Source: Hyphochytrium catenoides (lineage: Eukaryota > Protista > Hyphochytriomycota). Taken from it: DNA of 64,000 nt. The stretch covers positions 257,207 to 321,206 of the forward strand of contig FLMG01000265.1 in the NCBI GenBank assembly GCA_900088475.1. Reading direction: 5' to 3'. The number at the start of each line of letters is the position of its first letter. The stretch's first letter is position 1. The position numbers and the translations under genes are program-made. Below the pieces are notes generated by a model, which was not told the DNA's origin, ran no database searches, and saw only the letters and a list, made by a program, of their open reading frames with translations. Positions 11,141 through 23,728 of the stretch are shown one piece after another.

Positions 11141-14022
11141 TCAGTCAGATCTAGAGCCACTCCTGCTGGCGGAAGAGGAGGGTCTTCTACGTGCCCTCCT
11201 ATAAGAAGAATGGTGAGCCTTGTTTTCGTAGCAAAAATACGAGCACGACCTGCTTACTACCTGGGCGGAGACGAAGACTGGGACCTCGACCTTTCTCTGC
11301 CTCTGCTGCGGCTTCTCGAGGATTGCCTCTGTGCTTTTGCTCTCCTCTCGGGTGTTGGGCTCTTGCTCTCTGACACTTTCCTCGGCGGCGAATCGTCTCT
11401 GCGCCTTCTGTCCGCTTTCCCTCTACTTCTGCTCCTTTCGAATGACCTGGGTTTGTCTCTACGTTCTCTACTCCTACTACGCGAATGATGTCGTCCTCGT
11501 TCCTCCGAACGTTCTGCGTGCCTTCTCGCTCCTCTTTCTTCTGACCTCCTCTTAGCTTGGGTCCGTCCTCTGTCATTGCTTCTGCTTCTGCTAAGTAATT
11601 TGAAGGGAAAGTCAGTGGTGGGAGTTGTTTGAGAGGGATACCCTGATCTTACCTCTTCTGTTCTTTTCCGTCTCTTTGCGTTCTTTCTTCCCCTCTTCTT
11701 CTTGTCTCTCCTTCCCTAAAGCGGAAGCGGCTGCGGCTCTCGCTTCTGCGCTCTCTGAACTGTCTTCGCCCTCTGAAAGAACCACTGTCTTCCCTGCTGT
11801 CGGCCCTTCCCCTATAGGGTGGGCGCCTGGAGCCTCCTCGAAAGCCTCCACCTCCCGGTCCTCTGGAGTCTGACCGGTATCTGGAACGAGACTCTAATTA
11901 GAATGCAAGGAAGCGAATAATACTTTGTAATACTTTGGACAATCGGGGAGCAATCTACGTGGCAGCCCGCAAGGACAATGCAGAGGAGAAGGCACGTAAT
12001 CCCTGGCCGTGATAAAAAGGTTCTCCGCCTTACTGTCTTAGCCCTCTCCCACGGTAAATGGTTCCATCAGGACCAACCCGGACCTCGCCTCGGGGAAGCT
12101 CCTCCTTTTCTTTTGTCTTCTCTTCCGCTACCGGCACAAGAGAGAGGGAAGTAGTGTGAGACGATACGCGCACTGAGAGACAGACAGGTAGTACTTCCAA
12201 ATATATTTGAAAGGGAAACGTCTAACCTTCCTTGAGCTTGGCCTTATCCTCTTTTGACTCTTCTTCATCTGAAGAAGAAGATGCATCTTCTTTCTTCTTC
12301 TTTCGCTTCTTATCCTTTCGGGCTTCCTTTTTCTTCCTGTGGATGGGGTTGAGGGCAGGGCCTCAAATGGTAGGGGTTATAGGGGTTTACACCTTACCTT
12401 CTCTTTTTCTCCTTTCTCTTCTTCCGCTTCCTCCTTTCTTCCTCACTAGCAAGCAGTACGTTAGCTCACTCGCGCGAGGGCTCTGTCTTAGTGGGAACAA
12501 AATGTCAACGGAAGACCGGATTACCTGCTAGAGTCGGAATCGTCTGAGCTCCCGCTGGAGCTGCTTTCCTCACTTGAACTCGCCTCTCGCCGTTTTTTCG
12601 ACTTCTTAGTAGCTTTCTTGTCTGCGAAGAGAAGGTAAGCTCGATGGGGACGTAGGGTTGTAGATGCTAATCCTCACCCTTTGGCTCTTCAGGGTAGCAG
12701 CCGCAGTCAGTGATTTGGATCGGTGCCACTGGGCGGTCCCGAGCATCAGTTGGTGTGGCGTCCATTCTGAGAAGGCAAAGAAGATAACGTTACTTGCCGA
12801 CCTCCCCAATAGATAGAATAGAGAGATAGATAAGCAGTAAGGATGGCTAATTGGGGAATACATAAGAACCAACTCTCAGCAGGGTGAGCCATACCTCCTA
12901 ACTATGTCTTCACCCTTCAGAACCTCTCCAAACACGACGTGCTTGCCGTCAAGATGCGGGGTCGGAGCAGTGGTGATGAAAAACTGCGAGCCATTAGTGT
13001 TGGGTCCTAGTTAAAAAGAGTGTCACGGCGTAAGATAGAAAGAGAGGAAGCTGAATGAGGAAACCAGTTGAGGAGCTTGTAGGAACATTGGGCGAGAACA
13101 GGTAGGTATAAGTGAAGACTAGGTGACCGAAGACCGCCACTTTCGCGGTGTCAGGTCTGGATGGCGAAGTATGATACTCAGCAATGAAAGAGTAGTTTGG
13201 CCAGTGATAAGGGCAGAATGAGTGCAAAGAAGAGGCTATCACAAAGACAACTATCGACCCAGTGGGAGAGTTACGACGATTCGTACCGGCATTTGCCATA
13301 CTCAGGCGGAAAGGCTTATCGTGCCGGTATCGGAAGCCCTCATCTGGAAATCGCTCTCCATAAATGCTTTCTCCTCCTGTACCATTTCCAGCTGTGAAGT
13401 CGCCCTGCGTGAAGGTGGCCAATGTGAGGGGTCCGCCCAACAGTGAGGATCGGATCGAACGAATGACGGACCACAAAGAAGCAAGTCAGCCGTCAGATTG
13501 GTCTTCAAAGGAAGCACATCCAGGAACGTAGGGCCGCGGACGCAGTGCAACGCAAAAGCCACAGAAGCAGAGCAGAAGACGATGGGAATACGTACGCCTT
13601 GGCACATGAACCTCTTGATCACTCTATGGAACTTGGAGCCTAAAGGATAACGTCAATCCAGATAATCGACAGAACACCCTAGTAAGTGGGGTTGCTATTG
13701 CCGTGTCTGAGGATCAGCGTTATGTTTGCAAGCACCTTTGTAATGCAGAGGCTTTCCAGCTTTGCCTAGTCCTTTCTCTCCCGTACAAAGAGCTCTGAAG
13801 TTCGCTGTCGTCTTTGGAAGTCCCTCATAGAGCTGAAACTCGATGCGTCCAAGCGCTTCATTGCCAATAGAAATATCTTTTAAGCGAACGGATGACCCAC
13901 ATGATGTGGGTAGAATCAGGAGGAGCAAGGAGAGGTGGACGTCAACGCGAGAGGGAAGCGATATAGGCTTGTCTGTCGGGTGCTAATATTATTAACTTAC
14001 CGAACCAACAAACTGGTGCCAT
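11141..14022 (-). CDS. PPIG: Cyclophilin-type PPIase with Lys/Ser- and RS-rich C-terminus (cyclophilin G/CYP63-like), multi-exon
   Basis: MAPVCWF|[25 protein letters not shown]|[15 protein letters not shown]|[23 protein letters not shown]|[25 protein letters not shown]. Downstream exons encode K-rich, 'YRGRG' and RSRSR repeats. Confidence 0.9.
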
Positions 14023-17000
14023 GGTTGCAGCGCTCAGCGGTTGGCAGACGGAAGCTACCTAACGCCGCCTGGAAGGCGAAGGACCGCCCAGATGCAAGAG
14101 CACGACACCACTGATCTCTCGAAATGGCCGTGCTGACCGCCAATGCAGGTTCGTCCGTCTCTTCTGTGAGGCAGTCTCATCAGCTGAAAGCCACCACCAG
14201 ACCGCTGCATGGCCAACAACTTCCGCAAACTCCATCTGATAAAGGGCTCTAATAAAGATTAGAAGAACAAAACCCTTGTGTTGGAGAGTGATGTGAGCGT
14301 TGAAGCTTTTGAAAGCGGCTAACGCTAATCCGTATCTTTATACGTACTCGAATCCCTTGCTCGGAGCTCGAACAGACAGTCACCATCATGGACAACCTGA
14401 GAAGGCTCACAAGGCAGCTCTCAAGGCTGCATTGATCCAGAGCATGGTTATTATCATCTGACTGCTGGCGAGAGGCAGAAGAATAGCTTCAGCCAGGCAC
14501 GCAAGGTTTAGAGAAGTTGACGATTACCAGGCTTGTCCGGCTCACCCCGAACCGAAGGCCTAAAAGATGGCGTATAGGGAGTACTCCGCATCCATGGTTG
14601 GTGGTAACCCCAGCAGCTCTTCTCTAGTACGAACCAGGCCCGTTACTCTGGGAGTACTCCATTTGGTAAGGTCTAGAAGGACCCCTCCTCCGACGGCTGC
14701 GTGATAGCAGAGATATTGTTGGTGCGATGATTGGCACTGACATGATGAAAGCGACGAGGCGTCGCAGGAGCTGCTTGCTCATCAAGTAACATGTCGCCGC
14801 CTCTGCCCCAGTAGTCATCATCACTCGTTATGTACCATACCAACATCAGCGATGATTTCCATCCTCTCTTGGTGGAGCTTGATTATACCAGTGGTGCTCT
14901 GGGGCTGGTGGATGACTTTACTATTCTCGTCTTCTTTATAATTGAGTCAAGTCATTAGAGGTAATAAACTCCTTGATCGAGGGCAACGAAGAACGGTACA
15001 TCTAGGCATCCAAGGCAATCCACCATCGTCTTCTAGCTTGTGCTAGTTAGAAAGCAGCGTATCGCAGTCGTTATACCTTAATGACTGTTAACTGCAACCC
15101 ATAGGGGATGCTGATTATCGGTATAAGCATAGGACACCTGTTGCGGCAACGACGGCGCTGCTGGTAGCGGGCTTTCCGATAGTGTTAATGTTTGCTTATC
15201 AATCGCGAAGTCACTGCAAGATAATGCGGAAGCTCAGTTACCTTCGAAGTACCTACAATAAGAGGCTTTAATTGCTTCTGGGGCGGCATTGAATCCTCCG
15301 TCTTGGAAGGCGGGGTAACAAGGATATGCCAGCGCGCACTTCACCTCCGTCCTGCGGCACAATCCTTGCCCATGCTTCGTCATTCCAGGACAGAGGAGTC
15401 GCATCTCGTCGTACGCCGCACTGATAAGGAGCAGTGTTCCTCCATCCTTGTAGCTATACTCACTATTAGAGGTCAGAAGGACAATACTAGGCAGTACTGA
15501 TGGATAACACCAGCCGATGGCTTGGTTGTTCATGCAGCCCTCTTCCTTCCTTTTGGTACCGCCGAAAGATGAGGCTTGCAGGTAAAGGTAGGCCCATCTT
15601 TACTCATTAATGAGCCACAGCTCACTAATGGTCACTTTGCTGACCTCATTGTGAGCGTGAGCGTGACAACGCCTTCCTCTTTCATACGAGCAACGGGCCT
15701 CAGCTCTTAGAATATGGACCTTGTTCTGAGTATTTTCCGTCCTCTGCGGGTGCCGCACCCCAGAGTTATTACCAGCAACCTGACTGCGCTTCTTCGCATG
15801 CCTCGGGAAGGGGTGATCTGAAAGTTTGGTAGGTGTCTGGCTTCTTCCTTCTCCATCCTCCTGTTTTCTAGGTTTCGTTGCGAAGAAGGTGTGCATAATA
15901 ATGGCTTGGACACGAGAACGCTCTATGTGATATGATCTAGAAGTTGGGTGCCTAGATTTGCGTGTTCTCCGCCGATGGAGACAGACAACTCTTCCGCACA
16001 TGACGACCATGGACTCTGAAATGACTCTCCCTCCCCTTGCATTGAACTTTTGCTAAACGCAACGACCGGCCAACCTGACTTGCCTCAGTTTGGGTCCTTT
16101 CCTTCCTTCATTTCGTCTTCGTTACCAACTTGCCAATGGCAATACGAGCAATCTTTCCCAAGGCCTCTAGATGAAATGGCTCCTTGCGATCCACAGTTTC
16201 CTTAGCTTTTCTTTTACTAGATATGGCGTGGACTCCAATGACATAATGCTGAACCTCACTCTTTCATATAGACGTTGGAAGGACCCGCCAATGATCCTGG
16301 CGACACAGGCAAGAGGGCCCAGATCTGATGGGCCAATCGTTAAGAGAGAGCTTACAGAGCATGACGCCAGCCGCGTTGACCTTGGACGCGTCTACAGCTA
16401 AGCAGAGAGCTTAGTACCATGAAACCTGTGCTAGAGTCGGGGGCTTCAGGTCTTTATCACCGGTCAAAAAATAGTCTCAACCAGGTGGAGCTCTGCCCAT
16501 CATCCTCTCTATTATTCGGTCACTCCTAGAACTAATCTGCAACTCTGGACCGTGCTCGGCAACTCAGAAGAAAGACACCAAGTAACGAAAAAATATCCGT
16601 CATAGAGTCGCTAACGGCCGGTAGCGTTACCCCTAATAACCGTGCCTCTCTTCTCTTCTCTCCCCCCATGGCTTCTCTGTGTTTGTACCGTCGGAAAGCG
16701 TCTTTCCGTTTTTGTGAAGTTGGGGATGTGGGTTGATAACTGGAGTTGTACTGAAAGAGAGATTATGTACCAGTAAGAGCAGGTGGGAGAGAGGCCGCGC
16801 CGATACTGTAGACAGACAGAGACACAGGGACGGTACAGCAGTAGATCTATAACAATGCGGAGAGAGGAGTGAAGCAAGAGGAAGAGAAACGCGGAGAGCT
16901 GTACAAGAGGAGGAGCAGGAGGAGCCGGTGCCGCCAGCGGATGAAGGACAGGGACACCCCCATTATCATAGTGCCAAACGATAAGGGACGAGCTATCAGA

Positions 17001-17143
17001 CAACTGTTTTCTCCTGTGGCTTTGTCAGGTTCTGACGTGGTAGATCGCTGACCGCAGCTAAATCTCCGAAAGACAGCCAACGACGAAAAGCTGTGAAAGG
17101 CTACGATCGCCTGGACAGAAAAGAGAGAGCAGGCGATTCAGTT

Positions 17144-19173
17144 ATGATTGGTCTGCGGCATAAGCTCCGCAAGCCCCGGCTAATCCTTTTTCTATCACTT
17201 TCATGCGGTACCCTTCTTTACTCTGTTTTTAACAGCCGCATACAGAGCAACGGCTCTGAAACATCGGGTGAGCGGGTTATCTTTTTATTCACAAGTTCTA
17301 CTAAGTGAGCTAAAGCAGTGTTGTCATAGGGCTTGCGCACGAACATGAATCCAGTCTTGGTCTTCGGCAACGGCTACGATCCCTTTCTCCGGAAGCACAG
17401 GACGCGCTGCAGCATGTAGAACCTTTGGCATTCAGCCCTGTCAAGAGGAACCCCGACGATCCATGCTATGGAAAGAAAGATTGGACTTTCGCCTGTGAAC
17501 CAGATCTGTTTCTGAGCTGTATAGCGGCTATTGTGTGTCTGATTCTGACGGCGGGAATGATGGCTGGACTAACTATGGGCCTGCTCTCCCTTGACACGCT
17601 CAACTTATCGATTTTGAAGCTCGAGGGTGAACAGAAAGAGAAGGAGGCAGCGGAGAAAGTTCTTCCAATAATCGCTAACCACCATCTACTTCTGGTCACG
17701 CTTCTTCTATGGAACTCCTTTGCCAACGAAGCGCTTCCTATTTTCCTCGACAAAGTGACGGACGAATACTCAGCCATTCTGATCTCCATGACTTGCGTCC
17801 TCTTCTTTGGCGAGATTATCCCTGCAGCCTTCTTCACTGGACCCCGCCAGCTCTTCGTTGCTGCTAAGCTTTGCCCGCTGGTGCAGATTCTGCTTTTTCT
17901 CACCTTTCCAGTCGCTTATCCCATTGGAAAGGCCCTAGATCTCGTCTTAGGGCACTCCCAGGATATGACACGGTACAAGCGGAACGAGTTGAAAGCGCTC
18001 GTCGCCATGCAGAAGGAGAGAATGGATGGTATGGAGCAGATGCTCTCTCGCGCAGCTGACCATAGCCACTATGGTGGGTCTCCTCGCAGGCGGCACTCAT
18101 CGTCTTCTCTGGAAGAGAGCACTCTAAATGTGGACGAAGTGACGATCATTCACGGAGCATTGGATATGGCTCACAAGACGGTACGCGATGCCATGGTGCC
18201 TTGGAAGGAAGTCTTCACTCTGGATGCGAACTTGGTGCTCGACGACGACTTAATGGCAAAAATAATGTCTACTGGCCACAGTCGTATCCCTATTTACATG
18301 GCAGATACCATGAATATTAGGGGCCTCCTCTTGGTCAAAAAACTCATCGTGGTTGACCCTGACGATAAGAGAAAAATAGGCGATCTTGCCCTCCGCAGGC
18401 CCATTCTCACACACCCGAAGGCAGGCTTGTATACTCTACTTAATCGCTTTCAGACAGGGAAAAGCCACATGGCATTAGTGACCGAGAATGTGGACTACGT
18501 GAAGCGATGTTGGGCGGAGAGAAGGCCGATTGACCCAGAGAAGGTGACATTCGAAGGTATCATCACTATTGAAGACGTGATTGAGGAGCTAATCCAGGAA
18601 GAGATTGAAGACGAATCTGATCTCACTCAAGACATCTGTGAAGAGTTGACCAGTCACAAAGTGTCGCCTGAGGCAACCATGAAAGTCGTTCTGATAGCTG
18701 TGGAAAAGTTCAAAGCTTTATTGAGGCGGGCTAAGAGGAGAAAGGAGGAAGTTGACCGGTTGGTAGAGAGTGTAGAGATGGAGATCAGACAGAACGAGTC
18801 CGCCAATCATCGGGGTAGGTCAGATGGACAAGGGTATGTTCGAGAGATTATCGATGAAAGACCGCCCCCAGCTCCTAGGAGGCGCTCTCGGCAGACCTCA
18901 CCGACGAACCGTGAGAGGTTGCACAGTAGAGAGCGGAAGCCATCGAGGAATAGTACTACGGAGTCCGAATACGCCAGGAAGTCGAGCTGGACTTTGACAG
19001 GCGGAGCCACAGCCACTGCCGTGGCGATGAGTTTTGGCATGTCCCCTGCCAAGCGCTATCAAATGCTTGGAGGTGGCTTGCAAACGGCCGGAGGATCTGA
19101 CGGTTATGGGCAGAAGGACAACCTGACCAATGGAATGACAGGAGAGAACTCCCCCTTGCTGCGCAAGCATTAG
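17144..19173 (+). CDS. CNNM/CorC-family (DUF21 + CBS pair) metal (Mg2+) transporter
   Basis: 'AGMMAGLTMGLLSLD', 'HHLLLVTLLLWNSFANEALPIFLD', 'LFFGEIIP', 'GHSRIPIY', 'FQTGKSHMALV', 'GIITIEDVIEELIQEEIEDESD'. A short first exon from ATG 17144 is joined via a phase-1 intron at 17268-17329. Confidence 0.95.
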
Positions 19174-19578
19174 TGACTGCCTCTGTTTGATTCCTTCTTT
19201 CCTCTATCGTAAGCTGCAACGCACGTCCATTAGTTCCTGTCTTATGGCTTAAATCGCTCACTTCTTGTGACATGCCTCCTATTTTCTTTACCCTTCTTTC
19301 TGCAATACAATCAGTACTTACTTGGCTAGGTTGGCATATTATGTATGCTCCTATAAGCAAGCAGGGCTTCAATTTTCCATGGCACCGGTCATACGACTAA
19401 TATTAAGGTTCACTTAGCTGTCACTTTTACTGAGCCCGAATCTCACAACGGCTTCTCCCCCGACAACCTGCCAGCTCCCTCTACGCTTTGTCAGTTCCTT
19501 ACACCACCATCATAGACGGGCTAGTTCCCGATCAACGCCTTTCTAGCTTCGCGACTTGTGTTTATCAATTTCTAACAA

Positions 19579-20698
19579 TCACCGCTTAGGCGACATTGCC
19601 GGCAGAGCGGACTTGCTGTTCACTAGCTTGCCTTTCTTCTGTAGAATGCCCAAATGCCCCGTTGTGAGGCGAAGAAGCTCCTTCTTCAATTTCTGAACTT
19701 CAAGCTCTGAATCAGCGATGGGCTTTAAGCCTGCCCTACGTCTGAACTCATCCTTCGTAATGCCATAGCGGGCGGAGATGCCGGTTGCATCGCCATCCGT
19801 GGTTGCCCATAGAACTATAGCTTCTATGGCGCTCTCAAAAACCTTGGTTGTGAAGCTTATTGCGACTCTGTTTATGTCCACTCTGGCTCTCTTCCTGTAC
19901 CTGAATTTGCGGATTTCGCCCTGTCTTGCCACATAGTTGCTTAAGCCTTCAGGGTCTACGCACCAGTGATCAGGGACAGGAGCTGGCCGCACGCAAATAG
20001 ACTCGTAATGTTTTCTCTGCCTTATTTTGAATAGCTCATACTCAGTGGCCTGCCAGCTGAGCTGCAAGTCATGCCGGTTATAATGAACCAGGTCCGGCAC
20101 AACGGATGATCTGTTCTTGAAAGCTTTATGGGGAGGAGATGGAGACAGCTGTGGACTGGACGAAGACGCAGAAGTGGGCAGGCAAGCGGAGGTAGGAGGT
20201 GGATCCGATAAAGGAACAGATGATGAATGTAGAGAGGATTTGGGCGATGAGGCTGTTTGGACGACAGTAGAGCCGCGGGGGCTCTTCAGGATTCTGAACT
20301 CTGCAAGCTGGGCCTTTTCTAGTATCGAGAGAGTGTGGATGAAGGCCTTCAAATTGGGTCTGCTCTCTGTCAGTTCACTCTGCTGAATGGCCTTGATAAG
20401 TTTACCGCGCCGAACCTTCCCACTGCTCCATTCCAAAGTCAAAGTTAGTAGGAGGCACCATGAGTGAAAGGAAGCCAGAGAGCAATGTCGAAGCATCAAG
20501 GCAGAGAGAGAGAGCTACCCAAAGGTGCAGCGGAATGATGGGAAAAGGAAGGCCTTACCCCGATGGTGCAAGGCGCTTGAATAGTCCGTGAAGGAACTTG
20601 TGATCCTCCTCCAAGTCCTTGTCAAGCCTTTCATCGAATTGCTCAGGTGTCAGCCTTTGGCCAAAGTTTGATGGATACTCTTCAGGTTCCTCCTTCAT
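19579..20698 (-). CDS. Hypothetical protein (2 exons; possible degenerate EF-hand-like N-terminus)
   Basis: Exon 1 MKEEPEEYPS..LFKRLAPSG splices in phase 2 into the long ORF (GKVRRGKLIKAIQQ...). No recognisable family. Confidence 0.6.
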
Positions 20699-22084
20699 CC
20701 CTGGATCTATCTTCGCTATATGCGACAATGTAAGGCGCGAGCCATGGCCAAGAGAGAGCGTATGGTAGGCTGCTTATTCTCTTCCAAGACGGCGGCTGGC
20801 GCCAGAGCTAGACATCCACCAGGTTGTTGTTCTGTCTTCTTCTCGGCTCCCAGTTGAGTGCTAGCTGACCGACTGACAATAATGTCAGCAGAATCAGTGT
20901 GCGCCAGTCGCCGTGGCTCATACTAAAGATCGTTCTCATAAGCTCGTGGGCAACAACCTTTGGCAATGATGCACCTTCTATCAGCTTCCCATGCCGCCCT
21001 CGCTTGCTCTAAGGTGGGTACTTCGCACTTTCCAGCTACTTTGCCCGCGGCTGATGAAGAAGAAGAAGAGATGCCTGGCGCCGATGGTTAGAAGAGAGGC
21101 CGAGACAGAGATGGCAGTGACCTCAACCTGTGGATGATGATGATGATGCTGTGGTGGGGCGTTACATCCTCCACCACCGCTGCTGCTGTGCGGTGTCGAC
21201 GTATTTCTCACAGCAGCGCCACACTGGGCCTTTATGTATGGGGACTGATCCCGTTCTGACGTTGAGCTAATTGCCATGAGCGTTAGCGGCTATAAGGCTT
21301 GGAACCACACAATCGTACAAAGAGAAGACTGATGTCTGGAAGATCTTTGCCGAGTGCTGCGATGAGAGACCAGTCCATCTTTTTCTTCTGCAGGCAGAAG
21401 TGACAGGGCTCGAGAGGATTCGAGGTGAGGGGCAGGACCTATGAGGACCTCAGAAGGCCGCTTCGAGGTGGAAGGAGAAGCTGGGGGCTTGACTCTCTCC
21501 TCCTTCCATTGCTGACGAGACAACGCCGAACGTACCCCATGATCTGAGGTTGTGCAGTCCACCTCTTCCTGTCTCGACCTGCCATACCTGTCGTTCTTAC
21601 ATTTCTTCTTCGTTTCTACTACACCCTTCCGTTTCTGTCATCGATAATGATTAGATTGTCCAAGTCGTACGCGGTTCGTGTTTGCTCGAGCAGCAGTGAC
21701 GAACGACTACACTTGATATGAATCGATAGACAGAAGAGTTCTAGCATCCTCCAAGCCTCCTTTAACCTAGCGCTCCGAGTTTAATATGGGAGAAGGGCTG
21801 TAGGAGTAGCGACAATAAGTTTGGGAGATGGAGGAGCTTGAAGGACAGGCAGGCAGGCAGCCTTCGCTGATTTGATGCGATGGCGGACAAGGAGAAGCCA
21901 GATATAAACCTGCTGTCCAGCGAATCATCGCTGAACTGAACAAAAGAACCCCGAGTTAGGGAGCAATGAAACCCTTGCGCTGTTAGGAGAGGAGCTTCCT
22001 CAAGTTCACGCAGCAAAAGCTCGCCTAACAAATTCTGAAAGTATGTGTTCGGTCTTTAATATAGCGCTCTGATGCCTACAGCTG

Positions 22085-22897
22085 TTACGAGGAGGTGCCC
22101 TCTTTTACCGTCGGAGTGGTAGACGAGGGAGCAGTCGGCTTTAGATTGCCCAGAGGTATGTACTTGTACTCGAACTTAGCAACCCAGTCGTCTAGGGCAT
22201 CCTTCTCGAAGATAGTTAGATCTGCTATGCTGGTGTTCTCCAAATCCTCCTCTGCGAAGCTCATCTTCGCCAAGGCGCGTGAGGCGTCACGCCCAGCGAA
22301 CATCTCATAAGAACCCCCCGGTCCGTAAAATGAGCGGCCGCTGGAGACATCATAGATCTTGCCTTTCACGGAGATGAAGACGGGTTTGCCGTCCTTGCCG
22401 TCATAGTTCCGCAACTCTTCTATTGTATAGTCCCGTGCCGCCACGAAGTTGCCGACCACTGGATACTTCAGGTTGAACTTCTCTACCCATTCATCCAGAG
22501 TTTTCTGCTGGTCTGCTGTTAAATCGCTGAGGTCCAAGTTGTCAATATCTTTAGGGTCAAACGACATCTTTGCCAGCGCACGGGAAGCATTCTTCCCCGC
22601 AAACATGTGATAACCACCACCTCGACCATAGAAGTCCTTGCCAGCGGTAACATCGTAGACTTTATCCTTGAGAGCTATATAAGGAGGCCGGGTACCATCA
22701 CCTTTGAACGGCGTCAGAAGTTCTAGAGTGAAACTTCGGAAGGATGGGTCTGACTGAGGTCCCCTGTCGGTCTTTCCAGAAGACATTTCGGCCGTGTTAC
22801 GCTTCAGGTAGATGCTGGTTAGCGCAAATACAATAGCTGCGGCGACGGATGCAATGATTAGCTCTGTAGACGTATAGCCCAGCAATGTCGCTGTCAT
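22085..22897 (-). CDS. Membrane-anchored MAPR/PGRMC-like protein with two tandem cytochrome b5-like haem/steroid-binding domains; intronless
   Basis: N-terminal TM, then two copies of 'YDV..G..FYGxGGxY.MFAG..ASRALAKMSF...L.DL....L..W..KF..KY...G'. Confidence 0.93.
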   Translation of the reverse strand: MTATLLGYTSTELIIASVAAAIVFALTSIYLKRNTAEMSSGKTDRGPQSDPSFRSFTLELLTPFKGDGTRPPYIALKDKVYDVTAGKDFYGRGGGYHMFAGKNASRALAKMSFDPKDIDNLDLSDLTADQQKTLDEWVEKFNLKYPVVGNFVAARDYTIEELRNYDGKDGKPVFISVKGKIYDVSSGRSFYGPGGSYEMFAGRDASRALAKMSFAEEDLENTSIADLTIFEKDALDDWVAKFEYKYIPLGNLKPTAPSSTTPTVKEGTSS

Positions 22898-23728
22898 CTT
22901 CGTTAACGAATGAAGCCGCGGCAAATGCGCGTCTTCAGCTGTAGATCTGCCAGTTTCACAATGTGATCCAACAACAATGCCTGTTGATGCTTCAAGAGGA
23001 AACAGGAAGTGCTACCGGTATCAATGTCTTGCTGATGCTTTCGTTTGTCTTAAACTTTACTTTCCTGTCTGTCTATCTGTCTCTATCTCTCCATCTGTGC
23101 GCCTTCAGGCATGCAGGAAACAACCCCTCCTTGAGATCTTCAGAACTCATTGGAAGGATCAAGAAAGGAGCAGGAGGAGGGCTTGCCTTTTATGGAGATC
23201 TTCAGAATGTCAGAACCTCGCTTCCCAGGCACTGTCAATAGGAAAGCCTGTACGACCCTGTCGTGCTGTAGAAACCCCAGGCTCGAGCTGTATGGGAATG
23301 TGAAAGGGGTACCGCCCCCGCCTAACCCAGGGGGGCTTTCCCTTCAGTAAAAGCTGTGTTTTGGAAGGTGAGTAGCGTCGATACCTCCAATGTAACTGGA
23401 ATAGTCTAGCTGTAATGATAACTACGCGGTTGATTATCAGGGGGTTATGGCATCGATGATCCTCAATATCAAAGAAAACTGCCGAAAGATGGAAAGATGA
23501 AAGGTCATCATCACATCACTTTCTCAGCTCCCTCAGCCTCCTCCGCGACCTCCCCGCCCCAGCCCCTCATCGGCAGACTTCCCAGGCACCGCGCATCCTG
23601 GCTTTTGTGAGCTTGAAGCCCAGGCAGAGCTGACTAGGAGCTCATTGTTCATTACTCCGAAGATAAGATAGCAATACCGCAGTGTCGTTGGTTTTCTGAC
23701 ATTGTGCTGTGGAAAGAATCTGGGAAGC

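Noticed and set aside
14100-17050. Several 60-136 aa ORFs between the cyclophilin and CNNM genes
   Set aside because: I could not build a phase-consistent gene model or recognise any motif. A gene may be present but is unsupported.
20981-22031. Minus-strand ORFs with poly-His/Gly
   Set aside because: Low complexity with no family motifs or convincing splice chain.
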